Shown: positions 11,171-23,339 of the stretch, in pieces
How positions within the stretch are numbered: position 1 is the first letter of the stretch
How the letters are laid out: each line of letters starts with the position of its first letter
Assembly (NCBI GenBank): GCA_951406725.2
Contig: OX597815.1
Coordinates: forward strand, 139,872,001 to 139,936,000
Reading direction: 5' to 3'
Source of the DNA: Octopus vulgaris
Taxonomy: Eukaryota
DNA: 64,000 nucleotides
The notes under the pieces: model-generated
Told to the model about the DNA's origin: nothing
What the model saw: only the letters and a program-made list of their open reading frames with translations
The model's database searches: none
Translations under genes and position numbers: made by a program

Positions 11171-12704
11171 TCTACTACATATGTGGGAAATTCTGTCTGT
11201 GGATGTGTTTGTGGAGTTGTTAGCTAACTCCTCCCACATCATTTTATTGATTTTGATGAAACTTGACACATGAGTAGAACTCATGTCTGGAAATCTCATG
11301 GCATACTCAGATTGTTGGAAAGATCGATAATAGGGCCTCTGGAAGGGATTCTTATATATATCTAATATTTTAAATTTTAACAGCCAAGGGAAACAACCCA
11401 TCCATTTTCTTAAATCATTTGGTATAAATCAAATCGAGTATGCTTATTTCTTAGTATTTGAACTGTTAGAGTTATTTTCACAATTTATCCAGTACAACTC
11501 TTAAACAAATAAATAATATTTTCCTAAACAATAGATCCACTTATTTTGGTTAATGAATTATTCATGAATATACCAACAATAGCGCCACTGAGGGTAATAT
11601 TTTCTGAGAATGCACAGAAGCCATTTACAGAGTTATTTACTTCAAATAGTTATCTCATATTTGATTAGCCTGTTACTACGTAACATGCTTCACGGTTTTA
11701 GTATACATACTTTATTAGTATATCCTCCTAAGTTCTACATACTCTGGGAATGCATTAAAGCCCTTTTCGGGACTACTTTATTTGAATTCTTACTATCGGG
11801 TAACTAATTTCATGTTATTACATAACAGACTTCACTTAGTTGCAATCCAAGTTAAGGCTAACCACAAAAGCTACATACATAAATCTTGTCATAATTACAC
11901 GCACTTAGTTCGTTTCAATCTATAAAGGTGCATAGACTAATCACTAGTTTAAATTAACAGGATACAAATGCAATCACTTGATGTCTATGCATCAGAAACA
12001 TGTGTTGGGCAAATTTAAATCAAATATTCTGTAAATGACTGTAGAAAAATCATAAAAACAGTTATGCAGGTGTATTAATCTCTGTATTCATTGTTACTAT
12101 ATTGTGTGTGTGTGTGTGTTTGTGTATGTGTGTGTCTATCTGTCTTCCCATTATGTGCTGGGTAAAAGAATAATGTCATCATTCATACAAATAATGTCGC
12201 TGTTTACAAATCTGCCTCCAAAACATGCCCTGGTATGGAGCTGTTAATTGTTCAAACGACTTGTGGAAATATCACCTTGCATGGAAAAAAGTGAGGGTTT
12301 CTGACCAAAGAAAATCTGCCTCGTGTTTCATTTGACCCATGCAATCTGAAAAAGTGGATGACATACATTGTTTTTATTCTTTTATTCTTTTATACGTTTC
12401 TGTCTTTAGGCTATGGCCATGCTGGGATGCCGCCAGTGTAATCACCATTTCAATGGCCAATCCTATGTGATTGGCTTTTGGAGAAGGAGGGAGTCTGACA
12501 CTGCTGCCATCTTTTGAGTTTCCTGCCTTGGTATATATCTTGCCCAATAAGTCATAATCAAGCATGACATGTATTATGTATAAGGATCACCACAAGTGTT
12601 TACCAGTCATAAAGACCACAAAACAACATTTACTATAAACAAAAACAATGAAATGTTTCCCCAAGAAAAATATCAAATGTTAATTGCACCCTGCTGGAAC
12701 ACTA

Positions 12705-13109
12705 GGATCTTTTCGGTTTGAACGGCAGTTTTTTCTAGTGGTGTCATATGAAATTGTCACCCATAATTATGACCCTAGTATCGATCTATTGCATTTCAAT
12801 CTGTTTTAGTTAGGGTTAGGGGTGGGGGAAGTGTATCTTTTTTTCTTCACAAATGTAAATAAACCCAATCTGTTTCTTAAACGAAGGACATATTCATACA
12901 GCACAGAATGTTTTTACCTCAATAGACGTCATTGATTGGTTGAAATTGAAGAAAAAAACGACAAATATCTTACAAACTATAGAATTTTCTCAATAAAGCC
13001 AAGAGAAAAAGATGTTTTATAAACACATTCTACCAGAATACGAAGTTTAAAAGTGTTTAGTTACGTGGAAATTATTTTTAAAAAACTGTCGTTCAAACTG
13101 AAAAGATCC
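12705..13109. mobile_element. Unclassified 405-bp MITE with 29-bp TIRs and internal TTAGGG repeats, flanked by a 64-bp direct duplication
   Basis: GGATCTTTTCGGTTTGAACGGCAGTTTTT...AAAAACTGTCGTTCAAACTGAAAAGATCC; 12641-12704 matches 13110-13173 at 62/64. Confidence 0.85.
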
Positions 13110-13390
13110 AAAAACAATGAAATATTTCCCCAAGAAAAATATCAAATGTTAATTGCACCCTGCTGGAACTCTATTCTATTATTCTATAACCTAAAAAAAA
13201 AAAACCCACTCTAGACAGTCTTTGGGCTATTTTGACTGTGATGTAAGGAAGGTGTGAGGTGTAGGCTGAGTTGTATTGAACTTGAATGAGAGGGGAAAGG
13301 TAGAAGTTTAGTTACGGAATCTAAATTTGGAAATTTCCAAGCAGTGGGCGGGGCTTGGTGAAAGATGAAAATATATTATGACGGACGTCG

Positions 13391-14058
13391 CATACATACA
13401 TACATACACACACACACATACATGCATACATACATACATGCATACATACATAATACATACATACACAATACATACACACACACACATACATGCATACATA
13501 CATACATGCATACATACATATATACATACATGCACACACACATACATACATACACACATACATACATACACACATACATATACATATACATACATACATA
13601 CACACACACACATACATACATACATACATACATACAAGGATACATACATACATACACACATACATACATACACACATACACACATACATACACATGCATA
13701 CATACATACATACACACATACATACAGACATACATACACACATACATACATACATATATACACACATACATACACACATACTTACATACATATACACATA
13801 CATACATACACTCATACATACATACACACATACATACATACATGCATACATACATACACACATACATACACACATACATACACACACATACATACACACA
13901 TACCTGCATACATACATGCATGCATACATACATACATACACACATACATACATACATACATACATACATACATACATACATACATACATACACACATACA
14001 TACACACATACACACATACAGACATACATACATATATACACACATACATACATACATA
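13391..14058. repeat. Compound (TACA)n/(CA)n low-complexity tract
   Basis: Direct inspection; source of many spurious ORFs. Similar tract at 14838-15036. Confidence 0.97.
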
Positions 14059-14350
14059 CGACTCTCTGTTTGTCTCTCTCTCTCTCTCATTTTTACTTGA
14101 TCTGTCCCCCTCTCTCTCTTTTCTCTCTACTCATCCTCTTTTTCTCTTCTCTTTCCTCTGATTCTTTGGTCTAGTCTTCCACTACCCTCCTATTTCTTTG
14201 TCTCGCTCTGCACTCACAGGTCATTCTTCGACACCCATCCCTTCTCCTCTCTGATTCCTTCTTTCTCTCTCTTCTCTCTCTTTGTTGCGTTTGTCCCTCC
14301 TCTCTCTCTCTCTTCCTTTGCTTCTCTTTCTTTTCTTTTCCCTCTTCTCT

Positions 14351-14360
14351 GTCACGTGAC
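14351..14360. promoter_or_regulatory. Perfect GTCACGTGAC palindrome (CLEAR / USF-MiT/TFE-type E-box)
   Basis: Exact 10-bp match inside the CpG-rich region; function inferred only. Confidence 0.4.
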
Positions 14361-14659
14361 TGTTGGCCGAAATCTGCCTTTCAGCTCCTGACCCTCGTCG
14401 TGTTAACATCGCTGTTTTCGTCCGCCGCTATAAAGGCTTTTTCCATTGCGCCAGAGAAAAAATTTGTTTGCTTGTTATCAGTCGTAAGACACTGTTGTTT
14501 TCACCGTTAATGCTTCTGTATTTCATGTTTCTGTATTCCATTATTGTTTTTTTTTTTTTTTTTATATCTGTCCCTTTTGCTGTCCTGGTGTTCGTATGCA
14601 TTCGATCCTTCTTCCAGGAAATCTACGCTTCCAGCTTAGTTTTTCTAATGCTCGTTGCT

Positions 14660-14830
14660 TAGTTTTTCTTGGAGGGCTGGCCGTGATCTAGTAATCTCAA
14701 GATTAATCAGCCGAAATTACTACGATGATCCGGTTCTTGACTGAAGACTGAGGGTTTCGAATGTCCTGTCCGTGTTTATTGTATCGTCTTCTAAGAGTTA
14801 TACGTTCTTGTCCATGTTGTATTTTTCTAC
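14660..14830 (+). repeat. Dispersed repeat next to TA/CA microsatellites, probable PLE pseudo-LTR family
   Basis: taatcagccgaaatt...gatccggttcttgactgaRga recurs on the minus strand at about 22180-22455 and 60045-60230. Confidence 0.6.
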
Positions 14831-14997
14831 ATACCTTTACATACATATACACATACATACATACATACACACATACATACACACATACATACATACACAC
14901 ATACATACATATACACATACATACATACATACACACATACATACACACATACATACATACACACATACATACATACATACATACATACATACATACA

Positions 14998-15031
<34 letters not shown>

Positions 15032-15675
15032 CATACACGCACTCACACGAGTAAATACATCGTATACACATGTAACTTGGAGAAGGCTGAGGACGAAAAA
15101 GTAAGGTGAAAGCGAGAAATACGTAGCTTTAACTAGAGAGGGGGTTGTTAAGTTGACAACAGTGGTTCAAATGCTGCGTTTCTGGTGTAACGCACGCACG
15201 CACGCACACATGCATACACAAACGCGTGACATTTTTAAAAACCCGAATGAAGGGTCACGGATAGGATATTTGAGAATTAGTAGGAATGGGGGGTTGTAAA
15301 AAAAAACTGATATACAGTGGTAGGGGTCGGTGAGTTTACATGAGCGAGCTGTCGGTCAGTCAGATCGTCAACACACCACCACTCTCTTCGTTCTCTTTCC
15401 TCCTGTCCACTCCACCTTTCACTCTCACTCCTTTTTGTCACGTTAAACACAACAAAAAACCAAAAAAAAAAAAGCAAACGCAATCACTCAACGAGTTAAC
15501 TGATATCGATGATTAAAAAAGAACATGGGTGTGTGTGAATGTGTGTGTGTATGTGTGTGTGTATGTGTGTGTGTGCGCGCGTTCTCGTTTTCTTTTTAAT
15601 TTAGAGTAAATTTTGACCAGACCACCTACTTGGGCAGTAAGGCTGTGAAGGAAGTTTCTTGTTCTAACCATCATC

Positions 15676-15907
15676 TATTTCTTTACTACCCACAAGGGGC
15701 TAAACACAGAGAGGACGAACAAGGACAGACAAACGGGTTAAGTCGATTATATCGACCCCAGTGCGTAACTGGTACTTATTTAACCGACCCCGAAAGGATG
15801 AAAGGCAAAGTCGACCTCGGCGGAATTTGAACTCAGAACGTAACGGCAGATGAAATACGGCTACGCATTTCGCCCGGCGTGCTAACGTTTCTGCCAGCTC
15901 GCCGCCA
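15676..15907 (-). mobile_element. tRNA-derived SINE family 2 (Meta-domain-like), tail type A
   Basis: gcctttcatcctttcggggtcggttaaataagtaccag body; 11-bp TSD taaccatcatc (15665-15675, 15910-15920). Confidence 0.9.
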
Positions 15908-15980
15908 TTTAACCATCATCGTTTAATTCTCAAGGAAGTCTTGCAGATTTTTATTGTATGTATGTATGTATGTATGCATG

Positions 15981-16120
15981 CAGGGCCAGCCCTAGGGTTG
16001 CTGGCGCCCCGGGCAAGCTGAACTTCGGCGTGTACTAGCTGACGGTCGTGAAAATTTCCTTGTCTTTCTCACGCCCTTCTTGGCGCCCCCTAGCACATGG
16101 CGCCCCGCGCGATGGCCCTG
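15981..16120. mobile_element. 140-bp hAT-type MITE
   Basis: CAGGGCCA...TGGCCCTG ends, internal ggcgcccc motifs, 8-bp TSD tatgcatg/tatgtatg. Confidence 0.7.
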
Positions 16121-16974
16121 TATGTATGTGTGAGTATGTGTGTGTGTGTGTGAGAAAATGTGAGAATGTTTAGTTGCTCGACCTGCTAGAAATAACAGCC
16201 AGATCTCCCTCACTGTCACACGCTAACATTATATGGAGGACACACTGGATATGACGGAAAAAATACACCCACGCACATATATATGCGTGCCCTATAAAAG
16301 AACTTTGTATTTTTCTCTCCCATCTCTCTCTCTCTCTATCTTTTATTCTCCTCCCTGTTTTCCTATTTGCATCTCATTCTCTCTCACTGTACTTTTCCCT
16401 TCTCTCTTTGTCGTTCCTGTCACTATTTCCTTTCATCTTCCAGCTTTTTCTCTCCCTCACATAACGCTATTTGACAGACAACATTTATCATACGTGCATT
16501 TATGAGATGGCGTTAATAAACGATATTGCAGTGTCAGAGCTATGAAAAACTTGGTGTCCTCCTTCCAGTCTTACAGGAAGCAGTAGATATATGCATGAGA
16601 GGACACAAAATGCTATGACTTATGTACGTAATTGTGGAACGGACGTCTTGATCTTTTCTTCATTTTCACTTGCAATTCTAAACGGAATAAAATCTAAGTA
16701 GAGATTTTTCCTGGGCAGTTCTATGCCAACACACACGATGTAAATTTAGGGGATCCAGTATCAACATAGCTAAAACCATCTGGTAGAAGATTATAAATAC
16801 CACGTTCAGTTTCAATGTCCTGGCAGGATTATAGAACACACTGCTGCTGGAATCTACAACGCAACATTAACTACAACTGAAGGTAAACATTTTTCTATGA
16901 AATGGGTGAACTGCATGAATATAGTCTTCCTCAAACCAATTGTTCTGAAGTTAATAGTTTAAAAAAGAAACTTC

Positions 16975-17395
16975 CTATTTCTTTACTGCCCACAGGGGGC
17001 TACACACAGAGGGGACAAACAAGGACAGACAAACAGATTAAGTCGATTATATCGACCCCAGTGCATATCTGGTACTTATTTAATCGACCCTGAAAGGATG
17101 AAAGGTAAAGTCGACTTCGACGGAATTTGAACTCAGAACGTAGCGGCAGACGAAATACCTATTTCTTTACTACCCACAAGGGGCTAAGCACAAAGGGGAC
17201 AAACAAGGACAGACACACGGATTAAGTCAATTACATCAACCCCAGTGCGTAACTGGTACTTAATTTATCGACCCCGAAAGGATGAAAGGCAAAGTCGACC
17301 TCGGCGGAATTTGAACTCAGAACGTAATGGCAGACGAAATACTGCTAAAGCATTTCGCCCCGCGTGCTATAACGTTTCTGCCAGCTCACCGCCTT
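16975..17395 (-). mobile_element. Head-to-tail dimer of SINE family 2 (both units tail A)
   Basis: Two bodies joined at gacgaaatac/ctatttc near 17159. Confidence 0.85.
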
Positions 17396-17436
17396 CTTAC
17401 AGCATTGAAGACCTTTCAAAATATGTTCCTGTAAAC

Positions 17437-17696
17437 CAGTGGTAGTCAATTGGGGTCCGTATGGCCCTTGGGGGTCCATATAAGATTTTGTTAAAATTTA
17501 TGGGTTATAAATTTCTTATAGTTCCACAATACACAAAATATTTGATTTTTTTTTTACACAATTCCTAATAATATTTAATCATAAAAATGCAGTAGGATGG
17601 TTTTTTTTTTATACAAATCAAATGGCTATGGCAGTCCAGTAGAGTAAAAAAGGAATTAAAGGGGATCCATAAGTAAAAAATGGTTGACAACCACTG
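17437..17696. mobile_element. hAT-type MITE
   Basis: CAGTGGT...ACCACTG ends; 8-bp TSD ctgtaaac/atgtaaac. Confidence 0.8.
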
Positions 17697-17744
17697 ATGT
17701 AAACAAATCCAAATTATTGCATAAACAAAGAGTATTTTAATAAA

Positions 17745-17999
17745 TAAATAAATGAGCCCTTTTAAAGCCTAGCCAGGCTCATGGGCCCGGTTTCCTGGTT
17801 TCAATGGCGTATGTTTTACCTCAGCTGGACAGAACGCCAGTCCATCACAGCGTTACTCATTTTTGCCAGTTGAGTCGACTGGAGCAATGTGAAATGAAGT
17901 GTTTTGCTCAAGAACACAAAGTGTTGCCCGGTCCAGGAATCGAAACCACAATCTTATGATCATGATGCTGACACCCTAACCACTAAGCCATGTGCCTCC
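17745..17999 (-). mobile_element. tRNA-derived SINE family 3, full length
   Basis: A box tggcttagtgg, B box ggtttcgattcc, (AAAT)n at the tail. Confidence 0.8.
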
Positions 18000-18239
18000 A
18001 CAAAGAGTATTTTACAATGCCATATTTAAAAGGGTTTTTTTTTTATTATCGAAGGAGAGGACTTTTTTCTTGATTACGGCTGGCAAAATATTTGTCATTA
18101 AGCTGTTACTTACCCAATGTTTGACAACAGGAAAAAATAGCAATGGCTATATAGCTTCTTCAAGTATTGCTGCCTTGTCACCTCCAGGAGGACAAACAGC
18201 TCACTCTACTTTCAGATTAACCTTAAATTTAGCTAACAA

Positions 18240-18610
18240 CTAGCAGTATAGCTCAGCGTTGCTTGGGCTTGTTTTCTTTTCGACCCTTTAGAATTGGAAT
18301 TTTTGAAAAGTAAAATTCTTGCATTATGTAGCTTGTTATTCTCTTTAAGTGGACATTTTTCTGGTTGAAATACACCGAAAAATAGCGACACAGCAGTAAA
18401 AAAATCGTAAAAAATAGGGATTTTCATTGAAAAAAAGCACCTTTTTGATGCAAATAATATTTGGTGTTAACATGGTCCGATTTGAATTTTTTCTTCTACG
18501 GAAGGAAGAGCAAGCCTTCTTCTATCATATTTTCAATTTTGGAGATAGTGTTAGTTGAAGGCTACCAAACTTGCCATACACAGACAACTTCAGTTTTATA
18601 TATATAGAGA
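18240..18610 (-). mobile_element. Non-autonomous Helitron
   Basis: Minus strand starts TCTCTATATATATAAAA and ends with a GC hairpin then CTAG; inserted between A and T. Confidence 0.75.
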
Positions 18611-18930
18611 TGATCTACCAATTTGTAATATTAGTAAAATATCTGGGATGTTATAGATGCATGTATGTATGTAGATACTAAGAACATGTCATCTCATTGC
18701 TTGAGATGAATGTACAATGGCAAACAAAAAATCTTCAGAAGCTTTAAATTGAAGTTGGCAGGATTTTAAAAATTCTGAAGTATTGATGGGTATAACGTTA
18801 CCACTGTACTATCAGGAGACTTTCACCAGACTTTGCCTGTGATACCAAAGGCACTAAAGTAGATGGGTTAATGGTTTGGTTGAAATCATCATATTTGTGG
18901 AGACATATAACAAGAACGAACCTATATTAC

Positions 18931-19162
18931 AAGGCAGCGAGCTGGCAGAAACATTAGCATGTCGAGCGAAATGCTTAGCAGTATTTCGTCTGCTGGTACG
19001 TTCTGAGTTCAAATTCCGCCAAGGTCGACTTTGCCTTTCATCCTTTCGGGGCTGATTAAATAAGTACCAGTTACGCACTGGGGTCGATATAATCTACTTA
19101 ATCCGTTTGTCTGTCCTTGTTTGTCCTCTCTGTGTGTAGCCCCTTGTGGCCAGTAAAGAAAT
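18931..19162 (+). mobile_element. SINE family 2, tail A
   Basis: Full head, body and tail; degenerate TSD aagaacgaaccta/aagaatgagccta. Confidence 0.88.
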
Positions 19163-19319
19163 AAGAATGAGCCTAACTAAGAATATTAGAGTCACACTTT
19201 TGGGTGATGATTTGTCTGAAAAATTTGTTCAAAATTTATTGAAGCTTTGAGAAGGTAAGGTGTAGCTCTTTATAGAAATAATGGTCTAGAAACATCTCTA
19301 ATCAGTATTTCAGTTTCAT

Positions 19320-19920
19320 CAGTCAATGAGCTAATAGCAAAAGTATTTCCAAATTTTCAGGACCATCAACAAAGCTATACTTACGCGAAAGAGCAATATT
19401 TGTATCAAAAAATATCACTGTCCGTGGCATAAGCAATATGCTTTTAGATTATATTTTGAGAATTACAAAGATTTATAAATCTGTAGATTCAATCCCAAAC
19501 CCTGCAGAGGTTCTCAACTACCTAGTTGAATGCTTAAGTTTATTAAAACCTTTTGGGCTTCCACCATACCACTTTTGTTAAAGTAAGAGTCCTCATAATG
19601 CTACTACAGAGCCGTGACCGAATTTGGCTGTGTAATGTTACTAGGCTGGTGGCAAAAAAAATTAATTCTTTATATTATTCAGGCCACTATTTTAACAGGT
19701 TGTTTCACGAGGGAAGATGTTTTTGTGTCTAGAATACCCTTGATATCTGACACAGAAATAACTTCTGTATTCAAAATGCCGTAGTTTCTTGTAAAACTCT
19801 TGTTTCACCATATCTATAAATAAATCCCAAGGACAAACTATTGCTGGGCTACAGCTTGAAGAACATCATTCCTCAAAGGGGCAACTGTGTGTGCATAGAC
19901 AAGAGTTGGAAGCCCATGCC
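19320..19920 (+). pseudogene. Degraded Helitron RepHel Pif1-type helicase C-terminal fragment
   Basis: With frameshifts reads LRERAI...YKSVD...GLPP...IMLL...LCNVTRL...ATILTG...RIPL...SINKSQGQT. Confidence 0.85.
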
Positions 19921-21062
19921 ATCTATTTGTTTGTGCTCCTTGTTGCAAAATATTGTTTATAAGGATGTACTAGATTTACAATAAATAGTAAATGAAAGGA
20001 AGAAATAACACAATTAAAGGGTGAAGAGATGATGAAAAATGGGAAACTTACAAATGAAATATAAATTTGTAAATAGTATGGCAAATTAAAGCTACACACA
20101 CATGCTTTGCTCATTTTAAGCAATGAGTCATATATTTCTATTTGTGCCACCTAATCACTCTCTTTCTCTGTGTCTCTGTCTCTCACTCTCTCTGTATTAA
20201 CAACACATGTTTGTACACATACACACACACACACACACACATATACTATCTGAATTACCTGTGACCAGACTAACAATATGATGAATGGACAGGTCTTTGA
20301 CAGGTACTGAACTGAAGATACAAGCAAGTTCCCCAAGAACAGACGGAAAACACCTGGAGTGTCACATCAAAGACTTAGACTAATAAAAAAAATCATCAAT
20401 TATTCTTTGCTAAGTACTCCATGTTGGGGTAATAGTGCTTTAATATAGCTTTACAAAGGATCAGATAAACATGCCACATATTTCCATATCTTTTTCTGAA
20501 AATTTCTTCATATTTTCATATATTTTAAACAGTTTTTTTTTTTCCAAATTGCAAGTGTTTATCATTTTTTTCATTTTCAAATTTTTCTTCCAAAAAATGT
20601 ATGTTTTATACATAGCAGATTGCTAATCTACACAAAAATAATCTTTATGTGAGGGATTGGTGTTAGGATTTAGGAATAGGGATTCAGGTCAGTGTTATGG
20701 TTTAGGATTTAGAGATAAGTAGAGGGTTAGAGTTTTGAGATAAGGTCTTAGATTTAGGATTTAAGGTCAGGGTTTGGTGTACGCACTTAAAATGACTGCT
20801 TTTGGTTAGGGTTAAAATTATGTTTAAATATAATTTGGAGGACTGAAAATATTTAAATTTGTGTACAATGTTTTGCAGAATCATAGAAGTTGTATATGGT
20901 TAAAACAATGAAATCTAATAAAATATTCTTAGAAAAAATTTCTTTTTTTTAAAATTGTTTTACACTATGTTAAATATATATATTTTTTTTTTGGTTTTTC
21001 AGAAGATTTACTATAGGTTAAATAAACTGCTTTGCAATGTTACTATTTATTCCCTAAGTCTT

Positions 21063-21094
21063 CATCTTGGGCAACGCCGGGTATTTCAGCTTGT
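21063..21094 (+). mobile_element. Helitron-type 3' terminus
   Basis: gggcaacgccgggtatttcagcttgt resembles hairpin plus CTAG end; may close the element carrying 19320-19920. Confidence 0.45.
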
Positions 21095-21541
21095 GTTCAC
21101 AGAGTATTATTGATTTATCAAAATAGGTCATGATGATAAAAGAATTGAAACTGCTGTTCATTGACTTCATATTATCGCACTTCAGTGATGCAGCATTTCA
21201 CATTGTTGTCTTAACCAGTGGTTGTCAAACTAAAAAAATCAGTGAATATGAAAATTTTTGTCTTATAGGCATTGAATGGCTGTGTGTTAAGAAGTTTGCT
21301 TCCCAACCACGTAGTTTCAGGTTCAGTCCTATGGCATGTCTCTTGGGTGAATGTTTTCTACTAGAGCTTTGAACCGAACACAGCCTTGTGAACAGATTTG
21401 ATTGATATACGAGGGGTGCTGAAAAATTCCTGGTTTTGGGTAAAAGAAAATACAAGAAGATCTGTTAAACATGATTTTATTCATATGTATATATATATAT
21501 ATATCTGTGTGTGTGTACATATATATATATATACACATACG

Positions 21542-21579
<38 letters not shown>

Positions 21580-21794
21580 TGTATGTATATATAAATATAT
21601 ATATATACATATATATATACACACACACATTCTTTTATTCTTTTACATGTTTCAATAATTTGATTGCAGCCATGCTGGAGCACCACTTTTAATCAAAAAA
21701 ATCGATCCCAGTACTTGTTCTTTGTAAGCGTAGTACTTATTCTATCGGTCTGACTGAGGACTGGCAAACCAGATGGCTGCACCAGGCTCCAATA

Positions 21795-21871
<77 letters not shown>

Positions 21872-22132
21872 GTAAAAGAGGGAATACAAAGGAGTGACAG
21901 AGAGAGAGAGGAGAAATGGAAAGAAAGGAAGAGACGTAAACAAGAGACTATGGCACTACAACCAGCCAGGAACAGTCTTCGCTACATTTGCGGTACCTGC
22001 CAGAGGGAGTGTTTGTCCAGGATAGGACTACACAGCCACAGCAGGAAATGTATCAGGACATGAAATATAAAAGCCGGACTAGACTACTTCATGCGCAACT
22101 CCATTGTCTCCCGAGACAGAAAGGATGCCAAT

Positions 22133-22137
<5 letters not shown>
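21872..22137 (+). mobile_element. RTE-clade LINE 3' fragment with C-terminal C2H2 finger
   Basis: YICGTCQRECLSRIGLHSHSRKC then a short 3' UTR with tgtctc/gagaca hairpin; inserted in (TA)n. Confidence 0.75.
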
Positions 22138-22181
<44 letters not shown>

Positions 22182-22482
22182 AAATGTAAAAAAATACAAA
22201 CTGGGATAAGACCGTAAAACATTTAGAAGACGATACAAAAAACATGGACGGGACATTCGAAGCCTTCAATCTTCAGTCAAGAACCGGATCATCTTCGCAA
22301 TTTCGGCTGATTATATATATCTATATATATATATATAAAATACAAAATGGGACAAGAACGCAAAACATCTGGACAATTAGGTGATACAAAAATGGGACAA
22401 CAAAACATCCAGATAGAAGATACAAAGAAAACAAGGATGGGTCATTCGAAGTTTATATATATATATATATATTTTATTTTAT

Positions 22483-22700
22483 GTATTAGGGAATAAAAAA
22501 TCATCAGGCCTCTAAGTAACTTATTTAGAGGCCTGATGATTGGGGTGACATTTTAAGAAAGGTTCCTGTAAAACACTGCTTGCTTAAGGAACCGTAAAAG
22601 AACCCCAAGAAATATGTGTAGCCGAGAAATGAGTAGTAAGTATTAAATTAAATTAAAATTCTTTTATATGGTGAGATGAAGGGGACTATCTCTAAATAAA
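22483..22700 (+). mobile_element. PLE pseudo-LTR relic with a 17-bp fold-back and a hammerhead with extended stem II (22530-22623)
   Basis: aatcatcaggcctctaa/ttagaggcctgatgatt hairpin; ggc-CTGATGA-t-tgggg...ggttcct/aggaacc...cccca-a-GAAA-tatgt-GTA-gcc. Confidence 0.6.
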
Positions 22701-23079
22701 ATATATATATATGTATGTATATCAAGTATATAGTATGTGTATCATGTATATAGTATGTGTATAAAATCCATCTATATAACATGCACATATCACCATCTGT
22801 TATACACATTTAGTTGACTAAGATGTCAAGCTTCTCCTATTGGCATAGTCAACCAGCGAAGAAGCCTTTACATGTAGTATAGGAAGTAAAATCTTCATTG
22901 AGAGATAGGAGCATGCTTGATGTGTTTTGCATTTGTTACATAAAGTCAGACATTTTCTAGTTACTCAAATTACACCAAAGTATTTTTTTTTTTACTTTTT
23001 CCTTGATTGAATTTTGACCTATATATCCAATTAACATTCTTCTTTGTTCTTTTGTTTCTTTTCTCCCCTCTTTTCCTAG

Positions 23080-23106
23080 GTTTTTCTTTCATTTGCCTAT
23101 CTGCAG
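23080..23106 (+). other. Candidate 27-nt exon, possibly untranslated
   Basis: About 40-nt polypyrimidine tract ending ttttcctag; donor CAG/gtctgt. Confidence 0.3.
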
Positions 23107-23339
23107 GTCTGTATACTTAATCTGTTTCTCAACCTTTAACCCTTGATTTAGTTTACTACCTTGAATTAAATAAAAGTACCAGTTAAAATTTTTTTTTTTT
23201 TTGTGGATGCGTGGTAAGAAGTTTGCTTCCTAAGCCACATTATTCCAGGCAACCGCCTTCTACTGTAGCCTCAAGCCAACCAAAGGCATGTGAGTGGATT
23301 TAGTTGTCATGCATATGTGTGTGTCTATGTATGTATATA

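Larger units (their letters stand above)
14100..15600. promoter_or_regulatory. CpG-retaining region, candidate promoter or first exon
   Basis: Frequent CpG in non-repeat sequence versus CpG-poor flanks, CT-rich tracts, E-box, possible donor GTCG/gtgagt at 15330. Confidence 0.4.

Noticed and set aside
12374-12565. 63-aa ORF with YY1-like and CCAAT-like motifs
   Set aside because: The C-terminus is SINE tail, no recognisable domain, and the motifs lie in CpG-depleted DNA.
13308-14174. Long ORFs of 155-269 aa (MYVC / HTYI repeats)
   Set aside because: Translations of a stop-free (TACA)n tract; the same applies to similar ORFs at 27, 29-30, 37 and 52 kb.
20660-20815. Telomere-like TTAGGG/TTAGGA run
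   Set aside because: Short, degenerate and internal; not a chromosome end.
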